Virus record (IMG/VR): IMGVR_UViG_3300020050_017898
DNA from: an uncultured virus (IMG/VR IMGVR_UViG_3300020050_017898)
Lineage: Duplodnaviria; Heunggongvirae; Uroviricota; Caudoviricetes
Strand: one strand, 5' to 3'
DNA length: 64,000 nt
The notes beneath the pieces are model-generated. The model searched no databases. It was given only the letters and a program-made list of their open reading frames with translations, and was not told the origin of the DNA. The translations under genes were made by a program, and so were the position numbers. Positions 52,217 through 61,495 of the stretch are shown piece by piece (position 1 is the first letter of the stretch; every line of letters starts with the position of its first letter).

Positions 52217-52903
52217 TCAGATTCTCCAATATACACCTAAAAAAGAATTCATTGCACCAGGAGGATCAGTCACCATTCCAACCGGAGGATAATTTTCTTC
52301 AATCTTTCTAGTAGTCAAATATCCGGTATCACTAACATATAGTGGTGCTCCAATAGGATATTGCATGTTAGTTTCATATTGATCTGTTTGAATAAACATT
52401 GGACCATACCAAACAGCAATTCTACCACTACCATTGGTACTATCATTGCCTGGCAAATTAGTAATACTAAATCGATAGTTACAATATAAATTGATGCCAA
52501 CAGGCAATCCACCATCAATTAAATTTAATTCAGTTCCAGCCAGGATAGTTAGAATACCATTTTTAGCATTTAGATCTCCAGGAATAGAAGAAATAAAGCT
52601 CTCAGGGAAAATAAATGGATTTTGTAAAGGAATAAAAATATCAATAGGAGTTACTAGTTTTCCACCAACTGTAGCAGGGTTAGTTACTAATACACTATGC
52701 TGTTCATTATAAGCTACTGCGGAAAAGCTACTTACTCTGATATCATCAATAATCCCAATAGGGGCTCTACCATCACTAACACCAACCACAGCCTGGTTTC
52801 CATATAATTTACATTGAGCAATCATTCCGGGCTCAAAAGTATCAGAAGGGTCCACAATAAAACTGGCAGGAATAAGATTATGAGGTTGTACAAATTTTAA
52901 CAT
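52217..52903 (-). CDS. Second head decoration/cement-like protein (putative)
   Basis: 228 aa. PIGIIDD...GSGRIAVW...TDQYE...GAPLYVSDTGYLT parallels the 217-aa protein. Confidence 0.55.
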   Translation of the reverse strand: MLKFVQPHNLIPASFIVDPSDTFEPGMIAQCKLYGNQAVVGVSDGRAPIGIIDDIRVSSFSAVAYNEQHSVLVTNPATVGGKLVTPIDIFIPLQNPFIFPESFISSIPGDLNAKNGILTILAGTELNLIDGGLPVGINLYCNYRFSITNLPGNDSTNGSGRIAVWYGPMFIQTDQYETNMQYPIGAPLYVSDTGYLTTRKIEENYPPVGMVTDPPGAMNSFLGVYWRI

Positions 52904-52939
52904 ATTATTCTTTCTGGTTGTTTACCACTATATAACAGT

Positions 52940-52961
52940 AAAAGCCGCTAGTAGCGGCTTT
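52940..52961. terminator. Hairpin, probable bidirectional terminator
   Basis: aaagccgct-agt-agcggcttt. Confidence 0.6.
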
Positions 52962-52986
52962 CATTGGCTAGAACAGTATAAAATAC

Positions 52987-53361
52987 TTATTCGTCTTCTT
53001 TCATTCTGTCCAAAGCATCAGATAAATCATCATCAATTTCTATATCCAATACACTATCAGCATCTAAAGAATCTAGAGCCTTGTTTAAGATAGCATTGCT
53101 TTGAGCATTTTCTTCTTCTGAAAATGCTATTTTTTTTAAACATATACTGTAATCTTTATCACCAGCTAACACAGTTAAGAAGCTTTCGATAGCATTAGCT
53201 TCAACTGTTTTATGATGTTTATCAAGAATTTCAATTGCTTTAGCCAATTTCTCAATTGCTTGAGGTAAAGTACTAGTAGGACTGATTTTTGCTTTCTTAT
53301 CAGCTAGTAAAATTTCCATACTAGCAAAGACATCTTGACTGACATTTTTATTGTTAAACAT
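52987..53361 (-). CDS. Small head-module protein (paralogue 3 of 3)
   Basis: 124 aa; SQDVFASM...AIEKLAKAIEILD...EANAI. Confidence 0.6.
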   Translation of the reverse strand: MFNNKNVSQDVFASMEILLADKKAKISPTSTLPQAIEKLAKAIEILDKHHKTVEANAIESFLTVLAGDKDYSICLKKIAFSEEENAQSNAILNKALDSLDADSVLDIEIDDDLSDALDRMKEDE

Positions 53362-53362
53362 A

Positions 53363-53563
53363 TTAACCTTTTAGCTTTTTAAGAATACTATTTAAAGCTT
53401 TAGCTTCTTTAGGTAGATTACATTCGTTAAATATAAGAGCAGCTTCTGATATTAAAGTCAAAGCTTCTTCAACCTCTTTGTCAGCCAAATAACTATCTGA
53501 TTTTGTTTCAACATTCTTTAACATATCATGATAAAGATCGTTTGCAAAGCTGCTCTTCTTCAT
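53363..53563 (-). CDS. Small head-module protein (paralogue 2 of 3)
   Basis: 66 aa; ANDLYHDM...ALTLISEAALIFN...EAKAL. Confidence 0.6.
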   Translation of the reverse strand: MKKSSFANDLYHDMLKNVETKSDSYLADKEVEEALTLISEAALIFNECNLPKEAKALNSILKKLKG

Positions 53564-53566
53564 ATC

Positions 53567-54136
53567 TTAACCCTTTTTCTTTGATTTAAGAAAATCTTTG
53601 AAAGTTGATTTTTTCTTATCATCTTTCTTAGAGTCTTTTTTATCGCTAGCTTTCTGAACATCTTTTTTCTTATCCTTAGATTTGTCATCTTTCTTGACAT
53701 CTTTTTTAGGATCTTTTTTGTCAGAAGCTTTCTGAGAATCTTTCTTTTTCTCATCTTTTTTATCTTTTTTGTCATCCTTTTTATCGGATTTCTTGTCAGA
53801 TTTTTTGCCAGACATTTTATCCTCTTTTTCTTTGACTAGTTTGGCAGCGACTTTAAGAATAAAATCACTTTTACGAACTTCCGCCATACTCTCAAGAAAA
53901 GCCGAGGCTGAAAGAAGACTATCAACAGCCATCTGGAAAGCAGCTTCTTTGTTATCAAGAGCCAGCTCAACTTCGTCAGAAGCCGACATCTCTTCGTCTT
54001 TCATAGTTGATTCACAATCATCAGCACAGTTTGAATCATGTGAATGCATTTTGCTGGCATCTTCTCCGGCGCTAGCAGTTTTAAATAAAGTATTGTTCAT
54101 TACACTTGCAATATCTTGTCCGAAATTCTTTTTCAT
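53567..54136 (-). CDS. Small head-module protein with Lys/Asp low-complexity tail (paralogue 1 of 3)
   Basis: Likely start MKKNFGQD at 54136, because the longer track ORF crosses a terminator and the upstream gene. Tail KKSDKKSDKKDDKKDKK... Confidence 0.65.
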   Translation of the reverse strand: MKKNFGQDIASVMNNTLFKTASAGEDASKMHSHDSNCADDCESTMKDEEMSASDEVELALDNKEAAFQMAVDSLLSASAFLESMAEVRKSDFILKVAAKLVKEKEDKMSGKKSDKKSDKKDDKKDKKDEKKKDSQKASDKKDPKKDVKKDDKSKDKKKDVQKASDKKDSKKDDKKKSTFKDFLKSKKKG

Positions 54137-54154
54137 CTTTTTCCCTAAAATTTT

Positions 54155-54188
54155 AAAAAATGGGGGAGGAGCTACTAACCCTCCCCAA
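54155..54188 (-). terminator. Intrinsic terminator after the protease-scaffold gene
   Basis: Minus strand ggggagg-gttagtagct-cctcccc followed by catttttt. Confidence 0.75.
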
Positions 54189-54194
54189 CCTAAA

Positions 54195-57100
54195 TTAACG
54201 ACTAACCTTGGAAGAACGAGCACCCTGAAGAGCATCCATATAAGTCTGAACAGCTGAATTCTCTGAACGACCCACCGGAGCACTAGCTTCAATCACAAGA
54301 CCATTCTGGGGAAGAATTCCAGAGATAGGAAGTGAGGTTACTTTGCGAGCTGGGGCAGAAGCAATAACACGCTTGATACTATCAAAAGCTACATCATTGT
54401 ACTGAACAATCTCATCAACTTTGTTGCTAACTGATTCAGCATCAGCCGGCATAAGATCCTTAGCAACCATTTCATTTACAAGCTGGTAAGCACGAGCAAT
54501 CTTGACTTTGAAAGCTTCGACTTCTTCAGCCGCTTGAGCTTTCATGTTTGCTTTGGTAAGAGCAGCAGCAAATTCTTTACCTTCACTATCAGCCTGACCA
54601 TAGAATTCTTTGTAGTATTTGACAGCTTCAGGATCAACTCCAAGAGCTACAAGTGAATCTAGATCATCGGTATCAAGTTCACCCTGTGAAACTAGCTGGT
54701 GAATACGATCAGCTTCTTTACGAACCTTAACTTTGCCAAGAACCACTGACATCGTTTTTTCATGCTGATCAACAATGTTTTCAGAAACCGCCATATCACC
54801 AGAAGCATCGATACCACCAATTTCAACACTATCAGCCATTTCAGCCGCAACACCTGAAAGCTGCATAGCTTTCGCGGCAATCTTGGCACGAAGTTCAGTG
54901 CGTGAAGCATTTACAGTCTTTACTTCACTACCAGTCGGAGCCACTACTGATTTGCCATCCGGAGTCTTAACTTCAACCATATCAGCAAAGAGAGAATCAA
55001 GATCTGAACCAAGTTCATCATCTTCAGAACCAAGTGAATCGTCACTTAGATCAAGACCTAAATCATCAGAATCCATTTCTTCGTCTGATTCTTCTTCATC
55101 AGAAGAATCCATTTCTTCAACTTCCTCATCATCTGATAGCATTTCTTCGCCTAAATCCATTTCTTCATCCTTATTTAACACATCTTCAACTTCAGAAGAT
55201 GAATCCTCAAGACCAACTTCAGCATCACTCATTTCTGCATCAACTTCGTCAAGAATTTCTTTAAGTGATTTACCATCATCTTCAAAATCACTTGATCCCT
55301 CAAGTTCAGCCGCAGCAAGTTCGTTTTCCATACGAGCTTGTTTGACCATTTCGGTGGCACCACGAGCATATTTGATAAAAGTACCAATAATAGCTTTACC
55401 CTGAGCAAGGGCTTTTTTGCTTTCATCAAAAGAAGCTTCGGCAACAGCCTGGAAAAGCTCACTGTTAGTTGAATTAACTTTACCAGCATCAATCATTCCA
55501 GTAATCTGAACAAGTTCATCTTTACGATCAGCAAGATCACTAATCATTTCAGTAACTACTTCGGTAAGAGCCTCATTAGCTTCTTTGCGAGCTAACTGAA
55601 GAGCAGAAGCATTCTTCGGAGTTAGATCACCAAGTTCAGCTTGTTCACCAGTAGTTTCTTTAAGAATTTCAACGAGATCTGAACTTTGATCACGAATCTG
55701 AGTAGCTAACTGAATAGCAGTAGGTTTAATATCACCAGTACCAGTGGTATCGGGTGAAGCCATGGGCGCAGCTTCAGGAGCAGACATTTCAGTTGAAGGC
55801 ATAGGCATTTCAGCAGGCATTGCAGGAGCAGGTTCCTGTGATTGAGCAAATTTCGCCATAGCTTGTTTCTGAATACGAGTCATAAGACCACGACCATAAG
55901 TCTCAGAAGCAACAGTAGTATAAAGAAGCTCATCACCTTTAGCAAGTGAATCAACAGTTTCTTTAAGAAGAACATTACCATCACTGTCAGTGATCTTCCA
56001 AGTATAATCACCTAGTTCAGCAGCCTTAATTAACTGACCATTAAGTTTGCCAGCACGGGAAAGCTTTTTCTTTTTGGCTAGATCATCGCCATAGGGTTTA
56101 GTAACATCGCCAACTTCAGGGAAAGGTTTAGTGCCTTTCATATGCTTGTCTTCCTGACGAAGTTTATCATTCATCGGATCAACAGGATATTTTTTCTTAC
56201 CAGGAGTGGGTTCATTATCTCCACCACCTCCCTGAAAATAGCCTTGTTTCTTAAGAGCTTCACGAGCAGCTTCAACCGCAGCTTCACGTTTCATCTCGCG
56301 CTCTTCGTTAGCACGTTTAAGATGCTTTTTGAGAGCCATCTCTTCTGAACCACCAAGAAGACCGTCAGAACCACCCTCGGGGAAAGGTTTCGCGCCTTTC
56401 ATATGATGATCTTCCTGACGAAGTTTATCATTGAGAGGATCAACTTCATATTTACGAGAACCCGGAGTAGGTTCATTAACACCGCCACCACCCTGAAAAT
56501 ACGCTTTTTTATCTAATGCCATGTTGTAACCCTTAATTAATGTATTGTATTGTTGTTTTAATGATGATATTTTTGATTCAATGTTATCTGTCACTGAGTC
56601 AAAAGTTTCTTTTTTCTCTGAACCTTCAAGATCAGAGGAATGAGCTTGAATGTCACCTAATTCTTCTACAACAGTGTTAAGAAAGTCTTTCATTTCATCT
56701 AGATTATCACTAGCAATTTGAAATGAACGATTTTCACTATCACCATCGTCACCTAGAGTAGAATAATTAATTGACACATCAAATTTTTCATCAGCTTTAT
56801 CAACTTTGGACCCCAAAGCATTAGCTGATTTAATTAAAGACTTAAAAGAAATATCATACACTTTATCATGCATCTTGCACAAGCGTTCTTCTAAAACACT
56901 GGCAGCTTTCTTCATCTCATTTAATTCACTTGCTAATCTAGCACTACCAGGTGAACTAAGTAATTCACCATCAGGTTGCTCATCTTCTAAAGTACTAGCA
57001 ACCAACGCTTCTCGATCATCTTCAATAGATGATGATTCTTGTTTTAGCTCTTCAAGCTCACCTTCAGCTTCAGTAATAAAAGCTCGCAGTTCCTCAAGTA

Positions 57101-57926
57101 ACCCTGAGGTAAACTTAATTTCTTTATCTGAACCCTTTTTAAGAAGGGCTTCTTTTTTAGTAACATAGTTATTAAGATTATCAACTGAAGCAATAATATT
57201 TTTAATTTTGGCTCGTTTATCAGCTCCTGCTACTACAATTGAAAGTTCAATGGGGCTAAGATCAAGATTAATTTCACCATAACCAGTTTTATACTTCATA
57301 TGTTCACAAAATTCATTAGCGGCTTTGATAACTTTATGACATCCTTTTTCGGTACAAACTGCTCTACCAACTCCAGTACCCATAGAAACGTTATTACTCA
57401 TTCCACTGGAAACTTTATGAGCTAGTTCAGGATAATTCTTTTTGTCAATGGCTGCAAGAGCAATAATACGTTTAAGATCAAAATCGTATACCGTATCAAC
57501 AATAAAACCTCTGGTATGATCAATACTAGTTGCTTGATGATCAATACATAGAGGTTTGCCGATCCATTCTTTATGAGCTTTTACTAATTCAGCCTCAGGA
57601 AAGATATCACCACGTTGATTTCGGTAAGGCTGAATTCCAGGATCGCTGCATTTCCAAATACAGGTACCAGTTGATTCATCCCAGGAAGCTTCTACTGGTT
57701 TTCCTTTATACATTTTTGGACTACCATCTTCATTAATGATAGCGGCTTCAGCAGCATGCATCATGACAGTAGAAAAATAAAGGAAATCATCAGCTTTAGG
57801 AGCTATCTTCTTCATAGCTTTAGCTTGTTTGATAAAATCATTTACAGTCTCAGGATTTACAATAGATTGTACGCTTGAGTAATCTCTTATTCTAATTTCT
57901 CTTGCATCACCAATTTTTTTAAACAT
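54195..57926 (-). CDS. Prohead (capsid maturation) protease fused to a scaffold-like region
   Basis: N-terminal NQRGDIFPEAEL...GKPLCIDH...RGFIVD...VSMGT...ELSIVVAGAD matches the His/Ser layout of assemblin-like prohead proteases, with a Cys/His insert. It is followed by long acidic coiled-coil regions. Confidence 0.8.
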   Translation of the reverse strand: MFKKIGDAREIRIRDYSSVQSIVNPETVNDFIKQAKAMKKIAPKADDFLYFSTVMMHAAEAAIINEDGSPKMYKGKPVEASWDESTGTCIWKCSDPGIQPYRNQRGDIFPEAELVKAHKEWIGKPLCIDHQATSIDHTRGFIVDTVYDFDLKRIIALAAIDKKNYPELAHKVSSGMSNNVSMGTGVGRAVCTEKGCHKVIKAANEFCEHMKYKTGYGEINLDLSPIELSIVVAGADKRAKIKNIIASVDNLNNYVTKKEALLKKGSDKEIKFTSGLLEELRAFITEAEGELEELKQESSSIEDDREALVASTLEDEQPDGELLSSPGSARLASELNEMKKAASVLEERLCKMHDKVYDISFKSLIKSANALGSKVDKADEKFDVSINYSTLGDDGDSENRSFQIASDNLDEMKDFLNTVVEELGDIQAHSSDLEGSEKKETFDSVTDNIESKISSLKQQYNTLIKGYNMALDKKAYFQGGGGVNEPTPGSRKYEVDPLNDKLRQEDHHMKGAKPFPEGGSDGLLGGSEEMALKKHLKRANEEREMKREAAVEAAREALKKQGYFQGGGGDNEPTPGKKKYPVDPMNDKLRQEDKHMKGTKPFPEVGDVTKPYGDDLAKKKKLSRAGKLNGQLIKAAELGDYTWKITDSDGNVLLKETVDSLAKGDELLYTTVASETYGRGLMTRIQKQAMAKFAQSQEPAPAMPAEMPMPSTEMSAPEAAPMASPDTTGTGDIKPTAIQLATQIRDQSSDLVEILKETTGEQAELGDLTPKNASALQLARKEANEALTEVVTEMISDLADRKDELVQITGMIDAGKVNSTNSELFQAVAEASFDESKKALAQGKAIIGTFIKYARGATEMVKQARMENELAAAELEGSSDFEDDGKSLKEILDEVDAEMSDAEVGLEDSSSEVEDVLNKDEEMDLGEEMLSDDEEVEEMDSSDEEESDEEMDSDDLGLDLSDDSLGSEDDELGSDLDSLFADMVEVKTPDGKSVVAPTGSEVKTVNASRTELRAKIAAKAMQLSGVAAEMADSVEIGGIDASGDMAVSENIVDQHEKTMSVVLGKVKVRKEADRIHQLVSQGELDTDDLDSLVALGVDPEAVKYYKEFYGQADSEGKEFAAALTKANMKAQAAEEVEAFKVKIARAYQLVNEMVAKDLMPADAESVSNKVDEIVQYNDVAFDSIKRVIASAPARKVTSLPISGILPQNGLVIEASAPVGRSENSAVQTYMDALQGARSSKVSR

Positions 57927-57951
57927 TAGAATCCTTCAAATAGGAAGTGGG

Positions 57952-58026
57952 GTCTCTGAAATTTTCAGAGACACAATCACTCTAGATAGTCTATGTTCCT
58001 TATAACACAACATGACTTATCTAGAG
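57952..58026 (-). promoter_or_regulatory. Two hairpins in the leader of the protease gene
   Basis: gtctctgaa/ttcagagac (57952-57972) and a long imperfect stem ctctagata...tatctagag (57980-58026). Confidence 0.55.
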
Positions 58027-58036
58027 AGATAATACT

Positions 58037-58171
58037 TTATGCCTGGTTTTTCTTTTTTTCTTTGGTAGATTTTTCCAAAAGAATTTCTTCGGCTTTCTTT
58101 TTTAGATCTTCGGTTGATTCATCATCAATTAATTTTATCGGAAGAGCGTCACCAGTTTTAATCATTATCAT
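58037..58171 (-). CDS. Small charged protein (44 aa)
   Basis: Below the track cut-off: MIMIKTGDALPIKLIDDESTEDLKKKAEEILLEKSTKEKKKNQA; overlaps the upstream stop. Confidence 0.5.
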   Translation of the reverse strand: MIMIKTGDALPIKLIDDESTEDLKKKAEEILLEKSTKEKKKNQA

Positions 58172-58784
58172 CTAATTTTCCTTTTTGTTCTAGTTTAAGA
58201 AGAATCGGCACTCTGTCTTTAATAGTTTTATTAAGATCAACTGCTAATTCATCTCTCCAACTAATAGATAAAATATTATCTTTGATATGTTTATTAATAC
58301 GATTGTTTATCATATCTAATATATCCTCAATTTTCGCAATAATTCCATCCAAAGAGTCTACAGCATCTTTAGTAAAATCTTGACTCTTCAAATCATCAAA
58401 TAACATAACAAATTTATTACCTAGTTCTTCTAGTTCAGAAATATAACTATTAAAACTGGTAATAATTAATACAGTTTGATGATCTGTTTTAAAAAATTCC
58501 AAGCATTCTAGTAAATAGAAAGCAGAAATTTTGAAATCATTCAAGTGTTTAATAAAATTATCTCTGAAAGTTCTTAAACTAGAGCGTATTTTAAAAATAC
58601 TATCACTATCAGACTTATCTGCGCCCTCTTTAAAAGGTGTATAAAAAATATTGATGAATCTAAGGCAATTTTCTAATTCTTTTTCAGCTTTTTTAGAACG
58701 AGTTAAGGCTACCTCAGCGACTTTAATTTCCTCATCACTAAGATCTCTTTTTAATTGGTATAAATAAGCGTATTTTTTAATCAT
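58158..58784 (-). CDS. Helical hypothetical protein of the head module
   Basis: About 208 aa, likely start MIKKYAY. Confidence 0.6.
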   Translation of the reverse strand: MIKKYAYLYQLKRDLSDEEIKVAEVALTRSKKAEKELENCLRFINIFYTPFKEGADKSDSDSIFKIRSSLRTFRDNFIKHLNDFKISAFYLLECLEFFKTDHQTVLIITSFNSYISELEELGNKFVMLFDDLKSQDFTKDAVDSLDGIIAKIEDILDMINNRINKHIKDNILSISWRDELAVDLNKTIKDRVPILLKLEQKGKLDDND

Positions 58785-59565
58785 AAAAGAGCCCACTTAG
58801 CTCACTCGGAGCAATGCCTGTATTGGATATGTCATTATATAGCAATCCAACCAACGGAAGACTATCACTTTCTTCATGTCCATCTGGTATTTCTCCTTTA
58901 TTTCCACGGTTTCTTAAAAATTCTTCTCTAGAATAACCATTATCTAGTTGGTCCGGATATTTAATATCATGTCTGCCAGGACTTTCTGGATCACTGTAAA
59001 AACTATTAGTAGCTGGCATTAATGGAGGATCCAAATAACTAATAAAAGGATCTAAATCCATATAATTACTAGATAATTGAACTGCACTATCATTTAATAA
59101 TTCATCTTGTTTGATTTTAGATTTACCGACAGCATTAATAATTTTAAGATAATAATCTTTAGTAGCTTTAGGTAATCCGAAGCCAAACCCAAAATAAAAA
59201 AGCTTGTTTTTAACTTCTTTCATGGGTACACCCGTCATTAAAGAATATACTGCACAAACTAAACCAGTTCTATCTTTACCCGCTTTACAGTGAATCAAAG
59301 TAGGACCATTATCTTGAATAACACTAACTAGGTTATTAGTTAAAATATTACGTACAGTACTATTATCTTCAATATCTACATTTTTTATTAGATGTTTGAT
59401 ATTTAATTCTTCACAAGCTTCAGCAATCATTCTAGCAAATGTTTCATCTAATGAAATTATTTGTTTAATGCCCATTTCTTTTAGAGCAAAAATGTCTACG
59501 GCGCTTAATTTAGCGCTTCTATAAAGATATTTGTCTACTTGTTCAAAATTTTTGATCTTACTCAT
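58777..59565 (-). CDS. Protein tyrosine/dual-specificity phosphatase family protein
   Basis: NFEQVDKYLYRSA...GIKQIISL...PTLIHCKAGKDRTG (HCx5R catalytic loop). Confidence 0.9.
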   Translation of the reverse strand: MSKIKNFEQVDKYLYRSAKLSAVDIFALKEMGIKQIISLDETFARMIAEACEELNIKHLIKNVDIEDNSTVRNILTNNLVSVIQDNGPTLIHCKAGKDRTGLVCAVYSLMTGVPMKEVKNKLFYFGFGFGLPKATKDYYLKIINAVGKSKIKQDELLNDSAVQLSSNYMDLDPFISYLDPPLMPATNSFYSDPESPGRHDIKYPDQLDNGYSREEFLRNRGNKGEIPDGHEESDSLPLVGLLYNDISNTGIAPSELSGLFYD

Positions 59566-60107
59566 AATTTTTGAATCACTTTAGTTAAAATTGTTTTAAT
59601 ATAAGCAGGATCTTTATCAAATAATACTTGTTTTACGAAACTAATACTTTGACCAATAGCAGAGCTGGCAGGCATGTTTTTAGTAGCTAAATCATTAATG
59701 CTAATAGTATTTAGTTTTTGCTTGATACTAGTTAAAGCTTTGGTTTGATTTTCTGATTTAATTTTATTAACCAATAAATGAATAATATTAATTAAATTAT
59801 TAGCAATAACATCTGGAGGCTCTATTGCTGCTTGTTTGGTAATGCCAACAGTAGCAGAAAAGTCTTTTAAACTTTTAATTAAACTTTTTTTTTCAGGTTC
59901 CGGATCAGTATCAGCTAACTCATTAAAATAGTTATAATATAATTTTAAAAAAGCAGTTATTTCTTTTGGATTGCATTGCTTATTTAATTGACGCATCACT
60001 CCAGAAAAAGTAAAATTTTCTGCTTCTGATAAATCAATATCTTTTTCTTTGTTAGCTTGTTTAACAAAGAAACAAAAGGCATCAATTTGTGAATGAATAT
60101 CTGTCAT
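59562..60107 (-). CDS. Hypothetical head-module protein
   Basis: 181 aa, ATGA-coupled on both sides. Confidence 0.6.
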   Translation of the reverse strand: MTDIHSQIDAFCFFVKQANKEKDIDLSEAENFTFSGVMRQLNKQCNPKEITAFLKLYYNYFNELADTDPEPEKKSLIKSLKDFSATVGITKQAAIEPPDVIANNLINIIHLLVNKIKSENQTKALTSIKQKLNTISINDLATKNMPASSAIGQSISFVKQVLFDKDPAYIKTILTKVIQKL

Positions 60108-60445
60108 TTAATTTTTCTAGAAACAGAAGGTTGGAGAAAATAAGATTCTAGTGATTCACCATCACGCTCAGTTACCATTACAATACAAATTTCTTGAAGG
60201 CAAACCACTTTTGATCCTTCAAATTTTTCCATTTTTTTGACATTGACAACTAAAGTGGCACCCACACCACCAATAATTTCACCTACCAAAATACCAGGTC
60301 GAGTAAAAGAAATTTGATCTAGAGTTAATTCTTCACTATTTTGTCCGCAATGAATTTCTACAGTTTTGCCTTGATAAAAATCATTCATTAACTCACAAAA
60401 AGTCTTTTTCTTACCCTCAGCTAAATTCTTTTTAAAATCAATCAT
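60104..60445 (-). CDS. Small beta-barrel-like hypothetical protein
   Basis: 113 aa, ATGA-coupled; GKTVEIH...ILVGEIIG...LVV pattern resembles Sm/SH3-like folds (weak). Confidence 0.55.
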   Translation of the reverse strand: MIDFKKNLAEGKKKTFCELMNDFYQGKTVEIHCGQNSEELTLDQISFTRPGILVGEIIGGVGATLVVNVKKMEKFEGSKVVCLQEICIVMVTERDGESLESYFLQPSVSRKIK

Positions 60446-61491
60446 TTTTTCCTAAAGTATAAATAAGCATTTTCTATTTTATAGAAATTTGCTTCAGGTA
60501 AAGTAGCTGAGCCAAACTTAGCCAAACTGGTGATAATCTGCGTTCCATATTTTTTGTTAAACTCTTCTTGAAAATATGCATTAATTTGCTTAACAAAAGT
60601 TTCATAATCTTGATTATATTCACAATTAACTAAAATTTCGCTATGAAGATCTTGATAATTAATAGGTGCTTTACATTTTAATTGTTCTTCAATAGCAAAC
60701 TGAACTATTCGACTATATTCTAAAACCTCTTGCTCAGTATTGCCAGCTACTTTAACAATATAAGTTCCATATTCTTGACTTGCAAATGCTGACCACATGG
60801 ATTTTAATCCACTAAAAATTTTTGATAAAAATGCTGATGGTGAGTTTTTTTCTTTAACTGGAGGGTTAAATCTATCTTCAGTATCTAACACTTTATCAGT
60901 TGCTTCTTCCATTGATCCACCATTTACGGCTCGTAATGATTGAACAGCTTCAATATAATCTTTGTTATTAGCTAAGCTTTGTAGTTTACGATCTAAATCA
61001 CCATAAGTAATAACTCCATCTTTATCAGTATCTAAACCTTTATTTTGCGCATAAGCTTTAGCCACAAAACTAGGTGAAACTGATTTATATTTTGGTTGAG
61101 CACCATCTGCTGAAACAATTGGAGTTGAAAAATCTTCTCTTTGCACCCCTGGTAATCCTAGCGCTACAGGAAAGAAAATACTAACATAACATCTGGCAGC
61201 ACTTTTAAAAGGACCACCATTTAATTTCATATTTTGTTCAATATATGATTTGACATAATCTAATTGAGTTACAGCATCTAAAGTGCGAAATTTTTCATGA
61301 CCATCAGTATAACCCATGTTTTTTAAAGTGCTAGGCATGAACTGAATTAAACCAGAAGCATTGCCAGCAGGATTATGTGCTGTCGGAGAAATACCACTTT
61401 CTAGTTTCATAATAAGTAAAAGATCTTCTGGCTTCATTTGAAGTTCACTACAAATTTGTACTAATTTTTTATAAAATTCTAATCCTAGCAT
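60442..61491 (-). CDS. Lytic transglycosylase (SLT-like), probably virion-associated
   Basis: MKLESGISPTAHN...ASGLIQFMPST (catalytic Glu and GLxQ motif); DTDKDGVIT EF-hand-like loop. Confidence 0.85.
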   Translation of the reverse strand: MLGLEFYKKLVQICSELQMKPEDLLLIMKLESGISPTAHNPAGNASGLIQFMPSTLKNMGYTDGHEKFRTLDAVTQLDYVKSYIEQNMKLNGGPFKSAARCYVSIFFPVALGLPGVQREDFSTPIVSADGAQPKYKSVSPSFVAKAYAQNKGLDTDKDGVITYGDLDRKLQSLANNKDYIEAVQSLRAVNGGSMEEATDKVLDTEDRFNPPVKEKNSPSAFLSKIFSGLKSMWSAFASQEYGTYIVKVAGNTEQEVLEYSRIVQFAIEEQLKCKAPINYQDLHSEILVNCEYNQDYETFVKQINAYFQEEFNKKYGTQIITSLAKFGSATLPEANFYKIENAYLYFRKK

Positions 61492-61495
61492 TTTA

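Noticed and set aside
53560..53775. 71-aa Lys/Arg-rich ORF as a protamine-like gene
   Set aside because: Alternative frame of the Lys/Asp low-complexity tail; no independent start signal seen.
54137..54292. N-terminal extension of the 241-aa track ORF
   Set aside because: It overlaps the protease 3' end and its terminator; ATG 54136 is more plausible.
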